A DNA stretch of 64,000 nucleotides, taken from Octopus sinensis. Taxonomy: Eukaryota. The notes under the pieces are model-generated. The model was not told the origin of the DNA. It ran no database searches and saw only the letters and a list, made by a program, of their open reading frames with translations. The position numbers and the translations under genes were made by a program. The number at the start of each line of letters is the position of its first letter. Positions within the stretch are counted from its first letter, which is position 1. Location of the stretch: NCBI RefSeq assembly GCF_006345805.1, contig NC_043009.1, forward strand, positions 10,664,001 through 10,728,000. The letters are read 5' to 3'. Below are positions 12,427-26,070 of the stretch, piece after piece.

Positions 12427-13934
12427 TATAGAATATAGAATAGTATGTATCTCTGGAAGACGGTTGTAATACTGAATTCAGAACTAGGTACTGTGAGAGC
12501 TGGTGGTATTCATATGAATTGCAGCATTTGCACAATTGATTTACTGTTGCCAATTCTCTTTTGCATGGCTCTTGTTCTCCTGAGTATGCTGTGAAATGAC
12601 ACAAGACCGAAAGTAAGAACGATTAATCAATCACCTCCTTCATCTGCATCGCGAAAGGTGGTTTAACAACTGTAAAGGTCATGCCGTCTGCTAGAAGCAG
12701 TAGCCAAATATATTCCTAACACCCTACTACCTTAAAAATGGCACATCAAATGAAGTTGTAAAGGATGTGCTCTGCCAAAGACAAAGACGGAATTGTCATG
12801 GTCGAAATGCTTTTGACGTCCGTCCATCAGAACCGTCTTTAGGTCAATATACCAATACCACAACAACCGCCATTATCACAACCATCACTACAGTTACAAC
12901 GACGACAACACGACGATGACGACGACGTCGACCACAACAACAATAACAGTTACAAATTTCATTTCCAGGCGAAGAATAGAAAGCATTGCAAATGAGAACG
13001 ATATTGTTTGGCTCTAAAAACTAAATAGAGGAATTCGGTGCATAAAAAGTTGAGAAAATGGAGCTTCCAGAATTGTTATATTTGGGAAGAGCCATAATTG
13101 ATAAAGTCTATAAATACACTCACCAATTGTTACTTGTCTATATTTTACTTGCCTTTCTTTTTTTATGAAATCAATTGTTTTTTTATGCCCCTTCAACACT
13201 ACATCGTTCTATAACTTTCTTAGTACGTATACACTTTTTCTTTTGAATGCTTGGTATTTAGTTTACGATCATTTAATTTTTGTAGTTGATAGACGTCCAC
13301 GTTGTAACGAGAAATATTTTTAGGGATATAACAAACATCAACTGTTTGGAAGAAGAAATAGAAGTGAAATATAGACTAGAAACAAACTGTGAGGATTTAT
13401 TATTCATGAAAATTCCTGGATATAACAATACTAATAACAGAATTTCAGATAAAATTTCTTGCCAAACAAATTCAAAATCCAAAGAACTTATAAAATTCTT
13501 TATCATGTAAAACGAATAAACTGATACTCGATACACATAAAACAAAGAAGGTATACATTGATACGAGCACATCTATGCTCCATTCACAAAACGAAGTTAC
13601 TGCAACATACTCGAACACCACCTGGAGAAGAATGAAAGCAGAAATTGATGAATGTTAAGCCAAAGTGAATGCAATTGTTTCAAGTAGAAACAAGGGGATT
13701 ATGCAACCGAAGAATATATACTTGGAAAGCAAAGAAATCTATTTAGTGATGTGGAAATCGCAAAATAATGCAATATGGAAGTTGTACGATATCTATTGTT
13801 TCTACCCTGATAAGGTAAACGGGTACAAACAACATCCACCGACAGAAAGAATTGAACAATACGAATCACTATAAGTTAAACAGAAGCAACATATTAATAC
13901 AACTGCTTTAGAAGAGTCAACTGTCAATACTTTT

Positions 13935-14500
13935 CTACTCTAGGGACAAGACCCGAAATTTTGGGGGAAGGGGGAGCCAGTCGACTAGATCGACCCCAGT
14001 ACGCAACTGGCACTTAATTTATCGACTACCGAAAAGATGAAAAGCAAAGTGAACCCCGGCGGAATTTGAACTCAGAACATAAAGACAGACAAAATACCGC
14101 TAAGTATTTCGCCCGGCTAACGTTTCTTATTTCTTTATTGCCCACAAGGGGCTAAATATAGACGGGACAAAGAACGATAGGCAAAGGGATTATTAAGTCT
14201 TTCATCCTTTCATCCTTTCGGGCTCGATTAAATAAGTACCAGTTACGCTCTGGAGTCGATATAATCGACTTAATCCGTTTGTCTGTCCTTGTTTGTCCTC
14301 TCTATGTTTAGCCCCTTGTGGGTAGTAAAGAAATAGGTATTTTATCTATCTTTACGTTCAGAGTTCAAATTCCGCCGAGGTCGACTTTGTCTTTCATCCT
14401 TTCGGGGTCGTTAAATTAAGTACCTGTTGCGCACTTGGGTCGCTCTAATCGACTGGCTCCTCTCTCCGAAAATTTCAGGCCTTGTGCTCAGAGGAGAAAA
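13935..14500. mobile_element. Cluster of SINE family D copies: minus-strand pieces (13935-14190) and a plus-strand tailA-core-tailB composite (14200-14500)
   Basis: Core and tail motifs on both strands. Confidence 0.8.
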
Positions 14501-14749
14501 TAATATTTAAAGCTAGATATTTTAAGGAAAGCATTTTAATTCAATTCTTAAGAAGTAACCGTTGTTACCCGTTTAATTTGTACGTGTTGTATATTTATTT
14601 CAATATTTACTTTCTTATCTCTTAGTAGTACTGTATTCGAAGGTTAACGATGAACTGTCAGTGGTATTTGTTCCAGCGCCCTAAATTCGAATCACGCCGA
14701 GATCAGCTCTGCTTTTTATTTAGGGTGCATAAATAAATACCAATCAAAT

Positions 14750-14975
14750 ACTTATTTCTTTACTACCCACAAAGGGCTACACACAGAGGGGACAAACAAG
14801 GACAGACAGACGGATTAAGTCGATTATATCGACCCCAGTGCGTAACTGGTACTTAATTTATCGACCCCGAAAGGATGAAAGTCGACCTCGGCGGAAATTG
14901 AACTCACGCCGTAACGGCAGACGAAATACCGTCTCGGCATTTCGCCCGACGTGCTAACGGTTCTGCCAACTCGCC
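14750..14975 (-). mobile_element. SINE family D, tail A
   Basis: Reverse complement of the 3063 copy. Confidence 0.85.
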
Positions 14976-15094
14976 AATCAAATACTAGGTCAATTAATTG
15001 CTCTCTCCCTCTCAGATCTAGCTATGTTGCGTCATAAGGCGTGTTGTAAGAGGTTGCTCAGAATTGTAGAGGGGTTTACGGGTATTAGACCCTT

Positions 15095-15248
15095 GAGGTC
15101 GACTTTGCCTTTCATCCTTTCGGGGTCGATAAAATAAGTACCAGTTACGCACTGGGGTCAATGTAATCGACTTAATCCCTTTGTCTGTCTCGCCTTGTTT
15201 GTCCCCTCTGTGTTTAGCCCCTTGTGGGTAGTAAAGAAATAGGTATTA
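15095..15248 (+). mobile_element. 5'-truncated SINE family D with 14-bp TSD
   Basis: TSD ggtattagaccctt at 15081-15094 and 15242-15255. Confidence 0.85.
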
Positions 15249-16038
15249 GACCCTTCTCATAGAGAAACGGGTATGCTACTGGAATCGCCCAAAGACCGAC
15301 CGATGTGCATGAATATTTGAAACGAAAATAAAGTGTTATTAAAAAAGGGATGTTTTTTTTTGTGGTAGTCTCACTTTTCTTTATCCGGCTTCTGTTCTGT
15401 AATTACATGTAATGCAATAAGACTCTTCCTACATCAGTATTTTTATATGTTTGATTCTGACCCGAAACTTTTGGGCAAGAATGCTTATATTTTTAACTAA
15501 AGCAAAAATTCAATCATGATGATTTTAACCGTCGCGCGAAGAAACACAAATTAAAAGGCGGGGGAAGGGTGGGGGGTTATGATAAAAAAATATATTTTAT
15601 AAAAAGTAAATTTAATTTTCGTAATTAAAAATTGAAAAATGCTATAATAAAATGTTTTTTAACAACGAAAAACGTAAAGCAAATAAAAAAGTAATTTAAA
15701 TGCTTAAAAATGAAAGTATAATTTATTTTTCAAATTGGAAATAATTAAAACAAGATTATTGTTAAAATTTCAATTTTGCGGAAATGAAAATTAATGTTTC
15801 TGTTTAAAAATTAAAAAGTATTATAATGAAAATTTGCATTACCCAACAAGGGAAAATACTGTTTTTAATTAAAAAAAAAATTTTTAAGTCTATAATGAAA
15901 ATTTGTATTGCCCCGGGAAAGGCAATTTATTTTCCCAATTAAAACAAAAGGTTATATGGAAAATTTTGTTTTTATAAGGGAAGAAAAAATTTAAATATGT
16001 ATAGGAGCGAGTATTGCTATATATATAAATATATATAA

Positions 16039-16109
<71 letters not shown>

Positions 16110-16840
16110 CGATAGTGTTTCTATTCCTTAGCTTTCTTCTCTCCTCTTTATTTTTCTCTATATACAAGAATTTACATAGAAAATGGAAAAAAAAAAATTA
16201 AATTGAATAGATATATAAATGGTATATCATAAAAAATTTGTTAGGGATCAATATTCTATTGCATATTAATAAATACGCTGCGGTAAACCGTTACTTTCAG
16301 GGCACAACAACGTTTGAATTTTAGTGCTTTCTGTAAACAAATTAAATATTTTATTCCCCACTCAAAATCGAAGAAGGACTTTTAATACCCGAAGGTCTTA
16401 TATGCCATGAAGTACGTTAATTAAGAAATATTTTTGTTACATGTTGTTAGAACTTCTTTTATGAATAATTAATTATATTGTGATAAATTTTATTCTTTTG
16501 TGCAAACACACCGAATATTTAGATACATATACATCCGTCCATAACATTCGAATAACACAAATTTAAGAACAAAAACCACAAGAAACAAAACCTCGTGAAA
16601 AGAAATGAAATAGCAGAATTTTTTATAAGTTTGCGAACCCAAACATTGTGTTCGAAAGTGCACCATCAATGACATGCGTAGAAAATCAGCAATTGTCCTG
16701 CTCTGGGCAAGGTCGCTGTATCCACTGACAAGGCTTCTGGTTAATAATGGACAGTGAAGAAAATGTGACATCCCCCAGCTTGTAATTCAGCAAACTACAA
16801 CATTGTTGAATATGCAGCATGCTCCTCAACTAGACGTGGC

Positions 16841-16892
<52 letters not shown>

Positions 16893-16900
<8 letters not shown>

Positions 16901-17194
16901 ACCAACCAGGCCATCAGATGTTGCTACACCTCGCTGGTCACAATGCGCTTCACTTTGTTTTAGCCTTGAAATGACGCCACACCGCTGGCTAAGCGAGCAG
17001 GCCAACAGAAGAGAGAGCGAGAGAAAATTGTGGTGAAAGAGTACAACAGGGTTCACCACTACGCCCTACCGGAGCCTCGTGGACCTTTTAGGTGTTTTCG
17101 CTCAATAAACACTCACAAAGTCCAGTCTGGGAATCGAAACCACGATCCCACGACCGCGAGTCTGCTGCCCTAACCACTGGGCCATTGCGCCTCC
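16893..17194 (-). mobile_element. SINE family R head and body with alternative tail B
   Basis: Head as at 3813/5212 but tail ggcctgctcgcttagccagcgg...ggtcacgtgat. Confidence 0.85.
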
Positions 17195-17976
17195 ACGTGT
17201 ATATATATATACACATATACACACATATATATATGTATGTGTATATATATTAACATATACATGCATATATATGTATGTGCATATATATATATATGTAGAT
17301 GTATATATATATATGTACATATATGAGATTCTCAAATTGTAGATGACCTTTATTCATTTGATTAAGTATTGAGACCTGTTCGTTCAGTGTTGACAAAAGA
17401 CATAACACAACTTAACGTCTATGCCAGCTAATCTTGCTGGAGAGTAAGGACCTATAGCTTGAATTTGCCTATATTCCTGTTACGTCATTAAATATTTCTT
17501 TAAAGTCGCAATTTCCATTAGTTATCTAAAAAAAAAACGTTTGGTACTTATGATATTCCTTTAAAACTCAGGCGTATAGACATGCAAGCATACACCTTGA
17601 CACACGTATAGACATACACATAGATATACACATACAACATGTATTGAATTAAGGTTGTTTTAAAGTGAGTTTAAGAATAACGATGGAATATTTTTTTCTG
17701 ATCAGAAAACTCAATAGCTAAAATAGAGTCAAAGTCACAGTAAAATTATCTTAGTTTCTAAGTCTTGTTTAACGGTTTCGCCAAGCGAAACCTAGAATTC
17801 CTGTCAACACAAATTTATGTCCACATGCACACATGTGTGTGTGTGTGTGTGCTCGCTCGGACATGATTACGAACGCACACAAAAGCATACCTGCATACAG
17901 ACACATAAAATTCTTACAAATATTCACACACATACATAAACTCATATATTCAGTGTCTTGTTTCTACTGCAGTACA

Positions 17977-18181
17977 TTTTTACTCTTTTACTCCTTTCAG
18001 TCATTGGACTGTGGCCATGCTGGAGCACCGCCTTTAGTCGAGCAAATCGACCCCAGGACTTATTCTTTGTAAGCCTAGTACTTACTCTATCGGTGTCTTT
18101 TGCCGAACCTCTAATGTAACGGGGACGTGAACACAACACTATCGGTTATCAAGCGATGTTGGAGGGACAAACACAGACACA

Positions 18182-18247
<66 letters not shown>

Positions 18248-18389
18248 TACATATATACGACAGGCTTCTTTCAGTTTCCGTCTACCAAATCCACTCACAA
18301 GGCCTTGCCCAAATTGCCATGCAGTGGGACTGAACCTCGAACCATGTGGTTCGTAAGCAAGCTACTTACCACACAGCCACTTCTACGCC
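17977..18389 (-). mobile_element. SINE family C
   Basis: Head, CORE-like motif (partly deleted), internal microsatellite, tail. Confidence 0.9.
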
Positions 18390-18919
18390 TCAGTAAAGTA
18401 TGTTATATTCACACTCTTCCGTTGCAGCACAGCAGCTTTCTGTTTTTAATTAATTAATTTGTAAAACAAGCCTTAACATTCTAGAAGAGCCGTTATTCTA
18501 TAATAATTCACTGTTTATGAGTTTTATTTAATTGTGTTCCTGGTAAATATATATTGTGCAGATCAAATCTATTTAAAATTCTGTTACTTAGCAATGTTTT
18601 CTACCTTACTTAAATTACAATTTATTACATTAAATGTTAATGTAATTACTGGGATCGATAAATTATATTAATCTATTTTAATGTAGGTTGTATATTGCTT
18701 AATTTACTGTACACAAAAACACACACAACCACACACAAGTACACACATATATGTATGTATATGTACACATCCACATACATATAATTTTCTCTCTCCCTCT
18801 TCATACCGGGATAACATTAGGTGCCATATTTTCTCTATCCTTACTTTCTTTGTCGAGTTTCTAAATGAACGAATTCATTTGTGTCAACATCCGCTTTGCA
18901 TTTTCTTTGTACAATTTTT

Positions 18920-19338
18920 CATGGCTGTGTGGTTAAGAATCTCGCTTTACAACTACGAGGTTTCGGGTTAAGTTCCACTGCGCAGAACCTTTGGCAAGTG
19001 TCTTCTATTATATCCCAGGTCCGACCAATGCCATGTGAGCGCATTTGCTACTTTGTAAGTGTGTATGTTAGGTGTGTATGTGTGTATGTTTATCTCACCG
19101 CCGCCGCCGCCGCCGCCATCACCACCACCACCACCACCACCACCACCACCACCACCACCACCACCAACATCGCTTGGAACCGGTGTCCGTTTACGCCCTC
19201 GTAATTTAGCGGTTCAGCTTAAAAGACCGATGGAATGAGTTCTAGAGTTAAAGATAGCTAGTGGTGTTGATTTGTTCCAGTAAACCATCGAAGGTGATGA
19301 CCTAGTATGGTCGTAGTCCAATGAGCGGAGTAAGAAAG
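18920..19338 (+). mobile_element. Old degenerate SINE family C copy with internal (CCG)n(CCA)n
   Basis: atggctgtgtggttaag head, acctttggcaagtgtctt core. Confidence 0.7.
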
Positions 19339-19343
19339 TAATA

Positions 19344-19801
19344 CCGTGAGTCCTCGAGTATAGTCCGCCCTTGAGTATAATACGCAGGGGAATTTTAGGA
19401 GGCTGTACCTCTGAAAAACCTAAACCTTGTTTATAATACGCACCACTTCACTAACTTGAGTCGTGCGTAATTAAGCCAGCAGCACCTAGTCGAACAAACA
19501 CTTCCGCGCATGCGTAATACAATAATGGGAATGTAAATATGTTTGCAAATTGTTTTTGTTACATGTTATTCTATGTTCTGGATGATTCTTTTATGAATTC
19601 ATTGCTCTCAGGCTTAGCTTAAGGTATTTTCGCGCCCGACATCACAAAATGCGTCTGAATAAACATTGCCGGACAGAAAATAGAGACTCGGACATTGCTT
19701 AGAAAATATTTTTCATTTTTAACCTCGTATATAGTACGCACTAGGGATTTTGACCATTAAATTTTGGGAAAAAAATGCGGATTATACTCGAGGATTTACT
19801 G
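19344..19801. mobile_element. pogo/Tigger-like MITE
   Basis: TIRs ccgtgagtcctcgagtatagtccgc / gcggattatactcgaggatttactg, TA on both sides, no ORF. Confidence 0.8.
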
Positions 19802-21560
19802 TATGTAAAATGATTTCTGCATGTTTTTTGGAGGTGAGATGAAGCTTAACATCATTTGAATGTTATAAAAGCCAGCACTGCCTTCCTGAATGCAGAATTG
19901 CTTCTTTCGTGATGCTTGCCATTGTTGCTTCTTGGGGGCCGGGGGGGGGGAGTTGAGACATAAATGATGCTCATATTGCCCTTTAGCCTTGATATTTCTG
20001 TTAACATGACTGCATAGAGAATGCATCTTCACGGAATTGTTAATCTATTTAGGTCTAAACATTCGCTTCTGTGAAAATGTTTTTGGTTCTCCATTTTTTG
20101 GTTTGTCAGGTTTTACCATTTTTATCATTTGTCAGATATAATGTTATTGTGAACGGTAAGCATGAAGTTCCTTTTAAGAACTGTTCTCTGGACCATTGTT
20201 CTCCTGCCGTTTTCCGTTTCCATTGATCAATAAAGTTTTTAGGCACCGATTGTTTCTTTAGAACAGACACACATTGAATATAAACTGGCCGCTCTGTGTC
20301 TTGCATATCTGATACATAGTTTGGACAATTTCCTAGAATGGCATCCTAAAATGGCGGACGATACATTTAACCAAAAATTTATTAGAATTATCTCTCGATA
20401 TATCATTTTCTATACATTAAGAAAATAAATGTTCCTCTATAGGCACTCAAACAGTAATGAATAAATAAGCAAATAAATACGAAAATTCACTAAATTACCC
20501 ATTCAGAATTATTCATGCGTGCGTATGTATGTATTCGTGGTTGTGTTTGCATGTGTGTGCTTCCTGGCTGTTTGTGTGTATGTGTGTTTCTACGTGATTG
20601 TGCGTGCTTGTATGTGTGTGTTTGTATATGTGTATGCGTGTGTAAGTGCATGTGTGTGGTGTGTGTCTGTATGTATGTATGTGTGTATGTGTATGTTTGT
20701 ATGTATCTATAATGAGCTCTGTGTAATATAGAAAATGTTCTGATTTATTCATTTAATTACTTATTCTTGTCTGAGAATCAGTAAGGGAGAGTATTAAAGT
20801 GTAATAAAGGCAAAGACGAACAATAGATTTTTGGCAGATCACACCGACGGCTATTTAATGATGTAATTCTGTGAAATTGTATGTCGTTAGCTGACATAAG
20901 ATTCAATCTACTCTTAATAACCATATCATTAGGTCAAACGAAGCGTTTTTAAGTTTATATATTTTTTGTTGGTATGCTTAGTTCATTTTCTTCACTTGTA
21001 TAGCACTGTTTATATGCTTAAAGTTTCCAATTCTTCTTCCTTCGGGATCAATCAACAGCAAAGAAAATCGTCGCTGTGGGCCTTCTGAGTACAAAGTAAC
21101 AGACAGAATTAATTATTACACTTAATTAGAAATGTTCCAGATGATATTTTCTGCTTGGTGCATTTAATTTTTTGTATTATTTCTTTACCAATAATGCCAG
21201 TAATATTTTCTGGTTATTTTATCCTATTTCATAACAACTAGCACAGCCGCAGTGCTACAAATGTTTGAAGTAATGTATATAGTTAACTCTATCGACCGCC
21301 CCAGTAATTGACTGGTTGCTTTTCTAAGCATGAAAAGCGAAGTTAACAAAGTTGGACTTAAACTCAGAATACAACCATATGTGACTAGATACTACAAATC
21401 ATCTTGTAAAATACTCTCTTCATTCTGGTTTTGTTTTTATCGCTGTTTTCCTGTTTCATTATACTGTCACTTATTCCGAATGGAAATTTATATTGGCGAT
21501 ATTCCTCTTCATTATATGTTTCATTTCGTATTCTGAGTTCTGCAGACAGCACGAACACTA

Positions 21561-21770
21561 CAGTTCTATATTTAAGAGATGAGGAATTATGTACATTATT
21601 TACATTTGACGGATATTTGCCCTCGTCTTGTTTGTTGTTAACACAACGTTTCGGTTGATATACCCTCCAGCCTTCATCAGGTGTCTAGGGGAAATTTCGA
21701 ACCTGGGTTCTCATTCCTAAGGTATTTTTCGATGTTGTTGTTGTTGTTGTTGCTGTTGTTGTTGTTGTTG
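21561..21770 (-). mobile_element. 5'-truncated copy of the hammerhead-bearing SINE-like element
   Basis: Reverse complement matches 29480-29664 closely. Confidence 0.85.
21640..21685 (-). ncRNA. Minimal type I hammerhead ribozyme
   Basis: GACAC-CUGAUGA-A-GGCUG..loop..CAACC-GAAA-CG-UU-GUGUU; stem I GACAC/GUGUU; palindromic AACGUU stem III. Confidence 0.75.
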
Positions 21771-22399
21771 AGTGCTCGTAATGCTTTCTGAAAGCATCCC
21801 TGTTAAAAGCTCCCACACTAATGGTAAGCAAGTGATTGGCCTATAATTGTTTTTTAACGTAGTCTCTGTATATGTCACTGTGTATCATATGGTACCACGG
21901 AACGGGGTAGACACCAACTGTCTCCACAGCTGTAACCAATCCAAAGCAACTCTATTTTAGTTTATTTCAATGTGGAAAATTGATTTGTAAAACGAGTAAA
22001 TCGTAAAACGGGGTCGGTCATAAAACGAATTAAACTCGTACTGCGAGATATCACTGCATATATAAGAATGGAAGACAATGTTGGGAGGATGGTATAGCGA
22101 CGAAAAGAACTATTACAACTTCTCAACAATTTCCTGCGACTCCACGAACTCACGAACGACATATTTCGACTTCCTGCGATTTCTCATCATTCCCTCTCAG
22201 TCAAATACGCTGCTACTTATACGAGTTCGATAAGTTCATTCTCACAGGGGGGTGTCATGATTCTCGCCATAACATCTCGCCTTTTGAGATTTGACTTCTG
22301 TAGGAAGTGCAACTTATTTATTTGCTTTTGTTCTACCTTTTTTAAGATTTTAATTTCCTCAGTAGTTTAAATATTTCTTCCGCTTAGGAACTATTTTTA

Positions 22400-22925
22400 G
22401 TCGGTCTGTTTGTTTGTGTTTTCTATTGCTGATCCGCCTACGTTGGAACCTCGAATAAATCATATCAAACTTCCATCGGTATTTCTTCTCTTTCTTCGAT
22501 ATATCTAGTCAACTGGTTCAAATGTCGTTTGTGCTCTCCTACTTGACCTTTTATTATGGACATCTTACTGCGTATTATTTTCGTCACTATACCGTCCTCC
22601 CAACCGTGTCTTTCATTCTTATGTACAGTGATACCTCGCTGTACGAGTCTAATTCGTTCCAAAAATCTGTCAAATTTCCTCACGGCAAAAGTGATCGTTA
22701 GAGCTTCTTTCTCTATTTGACTATAGTTTTCCTTGCCGCTTTCAGAGAACGTGAGGCATGAACCCTCGACTTCATATTACCGTCTTTATATTCGTGTAGC
22801 ATTACTGCTTCTATGTTGTAATCAGAAGCGTCAAAAACTACAGCATTCTCCACTGTAGGTCGAAATGAGCCGACGAGAAATCCTATATTGATATTTTTTT
22901 AAATATCGTCAAACGCCTTTTGACA
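22400..22925 (-). pseudogene. Gypsy LTR-retrotransposon pol remnant (RNase H part joined to post-integrase C-terminus)
   Basis: Minus-strand peptides VVFDASDYNIEAVMLHEYKDG..HASRSL..NYSQIEKEALTITFAVRKFDRF and HKNERHGWEDGIVTKIIRSKMSIIKGQVGEHKRHLNQL. Confidence 0.8.
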
Positions 22926-23094
22926 TTTATTTAACTAATTCCACTTCACATCCTGTTTTAGCAAATTATTTAGTGGATCTCTCAATTCATGCATATTTGG
23001 TTCATAATTTTGATAATAATTTGCTAGAATTAAAATGCTGTCAATCTTTTTCATACTTCCTTACTCATTACTTCCTATTATTATTATCGTTATC

Positions 23095-23197
23095 ATTCTT
23101 CTTCTTCTTCTTCTTCTTCTTCTTCTTCTTCTTCTTCTTCTTCTTCTTCTTCTTCTTCTTCTTCTTCTTCTTCTTCTTCTTCTTCTTCTTCTTCTTG

Positions 23198-23240
<43 letters not shown>
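23095..23240. repeat. (CTT)n followed by (ATT)n microsatellite
   Basis: Direct reading. Confidence 0.95.
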
Positions 23241-23470
23241 GGAGGTGAGCTGGCAGAATCGTTAGTACGCCGGGCGAAATGCATAGCCGTATTTCGTCTG
23301 CCGTTACGTTCTGAGTTCAAATTCCGCCGAGGTCGACTTTGCTTTTCATCCTTTCGGGATCGATAAATTAAGTACTAGTTACGCACTGGGGTCGATATAA
23401 TCGACTTAATCCGTTTGTCTGTCTTTGTTTTTCCCCTCTATGTTTAGCCCCTTGTGGGTAATAAAGAAAA
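23241..23470 (+). mobile_element. SINE family D, tail A
   Basis: Near identical to the 3063 copy. Confidence 0.9.
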
Positions 23471-23523
23471 TAAAGAAGCAAAAAAAATTATTATTATTAT
23501 TATTGTTATTATTATTATTATTA

Positions 23524-23559
<36 letters not shown>

Positions 23560-23561
<2 letters not shown>

Positions 23562-24310
23562 TAGTTTTATTTTTTATAGCGTGCTTTCACTTCACTACCG
23601 AGTGCAGCTCTGTGTGCCTTGGGTATGTGCTGTGATTTGTTGTGATGCTCTGATGGTTATTGTATGGAAAGTGTTCTGCGTAGGATGTGTGCAGTGCCTA
23701 GTAGTGCAATTTTCTGTTTGTTATATGTTTTTGTCATTGCTGTATCCAAGTCTATATTTATGTTGTTTTCTTTCCATATTTTATATGTATGTGTTGTTGT
23801 ATTTTCATTCTTTGGGTAGAGCACTGCTGTAAAATAAGCATGTAGGATAGAAATGTATTCCTCACGTGTCCATATATGTCTTTTGGGTTTTATTTGCGGG
23901 ACATGAGGAGCAACGTCCGGCCTATTATTTTGACGGTCGTCATTTTCGTAGGGTACCGGTCCGTTCATTTCTGTTGTCACATTGTTTTGCACGTGTAGTT
24001 TTTCGTACATTTTATGTTGTAAGTTTAATGTACGTACTTCCCGATTGCTATTCTTGGGTTGAATAATATCGGTGTTATTTAATTTCTTCGTAGTTTTTTT
24101 GTACATGGTGTTTGGGGTCGGAGATGATCTGGTGTTGATGGGTCGTAATGGTCCGCGCATGTTTACATGTGTTGTGTTCGAGGTGGAGATGATATCGAGT
24201 TAAAATACATCATTTCGTTTCGAAGATAGTAATAAATTTCAATGGGTATTACTTACTCAGATATAGTCCAATCCTTTGTCAGTAAATTTTTGGCTCCATA
24301 CGATGTCTTT
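23560..24310 (-). mobile_element. Internally deleted R4/Dong-like non-LTR element in an (AAT)n tract, with 167-aa fusion ORF (23657-24160)
   Basis: ORF joins N-terminal-type HIWTREEYISILHAYFTAV..YKIWKE to C-terminal QKIALLGTAHILRRTLSIQ; TAA repeats on both flanks. Confidence 0.7.
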
Positions 24311-24828
24311 GTATTATTATTATTGTTATTATTATTATTATTGTTATTATTATTATTATCGGTGGTAACCATAGTGGTAACTGTAGTAGTACTAGAGGCA
24401 GGGGTAGTAGTGTTAATAAAATTACAACATCATACATTGTATGAAGAGCGGAAACACGAAATACGTAAAATAAAACAAAACAAAACAGGCAACCATAGTT
24501 AAATAGTAACAGCATAATATTGTTAACTGATAGGACACAACTAATGATATTACACTGCTAATGGTTGTATCTCCATCCCAATGATACAATTAATGAAACC
24601 TTATTGTTAGCGGTATATCATTGTTAAACGGCAATTAGTGATGCCTTCATATATATATTTGTGAAAAACAACTGTAAATGGATGGAGGAAAATTTGGGCT
24701 TTGAAGCATGAATTTGTTTACCGCATCGTATATTTCATTCCATCATTATACCATTCTACATGGCAGCTAACTATTCTAATTACAGATAGAGCATGCATAT
24801 ATGACACACACACACACACACACATATA

Positions 24829-24873
<45 letters not shown>

Positions 24874-24976
24874 CACATATATATAAATATATATAAATAA
24901 ATAAATATATATATATACTTATTTATATATATTTATACATATATATATATACAAATATGTACACATACACACGCGT

Positions 24977-25023
<47 letters not shown>

Positions 25024-25125
25024 CACACGCACATATCATATATATACACACACACACATATATATATATATAATATATATATATACTGAAAGAAAGGAAG
25101 AGAAAAAAGATCGAGAGAGAAAAAG

Positions 25126-25192
<67 letters not shown>

Positions 25193-26019
25193 TAAGACAG
25201 TGAGTCAAATTACTCTGAGCTAATCTTTCTAACACTTTTTCTTATACTAATCAATGTTGTGCGCGCATCCGTTTTTGCACGCGCGCGCATGTGTGCGCGT
25301 GTGTGTGTATGCGAGTGTGTAGGCCCCTTGGAAAGGATTACAAATGATGCAGAGTTATACGAAACCAAAGTATCCAGTGTTTGCACATGTACTGGATATG
25401 CGAAAATACCTCTCCTTGGTATTGAACGCGTATTAAGATCGTATATTAACAGAATCAGGATTGCGTTGGATAAAATATGTTTGGTTATTTGTCCGGGAAG
25501 TTTATGTCCTGGTTTAAAATTCTACTGTGTCCAACTTCACCTTACATCCACCGGAGTTGCTCTTGTAGATTCCAGTTCTTTATGCAATGGTCTATAATGA
25601 TAGAGCTGTGCCGAGGGTCTATAACGACAGAGGAACCGGCGACAGGTGGCGTAACAAACACTGGTTGGAGTACGCTACCCTTGCATCAGTAATACCGGTT
25701 TGTAACATCTCTTCATTACAGTCAATACAGGACAATTTTAACCTCACACACACCTATACACACAAACACATACTCACACACACACCACACACACACACAT
25801 ACGCTCATACGCATGCATTAAAAAGAGCAGTGTGCGCCACATTAAAAATTATAATACCAAAATAAGAAAGAAAATACTTTACGGAGATGTACTTGCATAG
25901 CAAGTGATTTGATCTGAGATCGTGTGCTGAAACGAAAACAATTGCAGCGTGGAAGGTGTTTGTAAGCCATTTAAGAAACATACAAAAACCGTTAGATTCA
26001 CTTCAATATTTAAGTTTAA

Positions 26020-26070
26020 TTTGTCAAAATATTTTCATCGCTTTAAGACCGCGACCTGTTCACTGAGAAA
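26020..26070 (-). ncRNA. Hammerhead-like motif with G3-C8 core variant
   Basis: UUUCUCA-GUGAACA-G-GUCGC..loop..GCGAU-GAAA-AUAU-UU-UGACAAA; stems I, II and palindromic stem III present. Confidence 0.55.

Noticed and set aside
13286-13874. AT-rich ORF fragments that might be LINE debris or an exon
   Set aside because: No diagnostic motif could be read with confidence.
15470-16020. Unusual homopolymer-rich stretch
   Set aside because: It looks like low-accuracy consensus sequence rather than a biological feature; cannot be judged without reads.
16660-16730. Peptide TCVENQQLSCSGQGRCIH resembling an LDLa/EGF start
   Set aside because: It stops right after, the remaining cysteines are missing and there are no credible splice sites.
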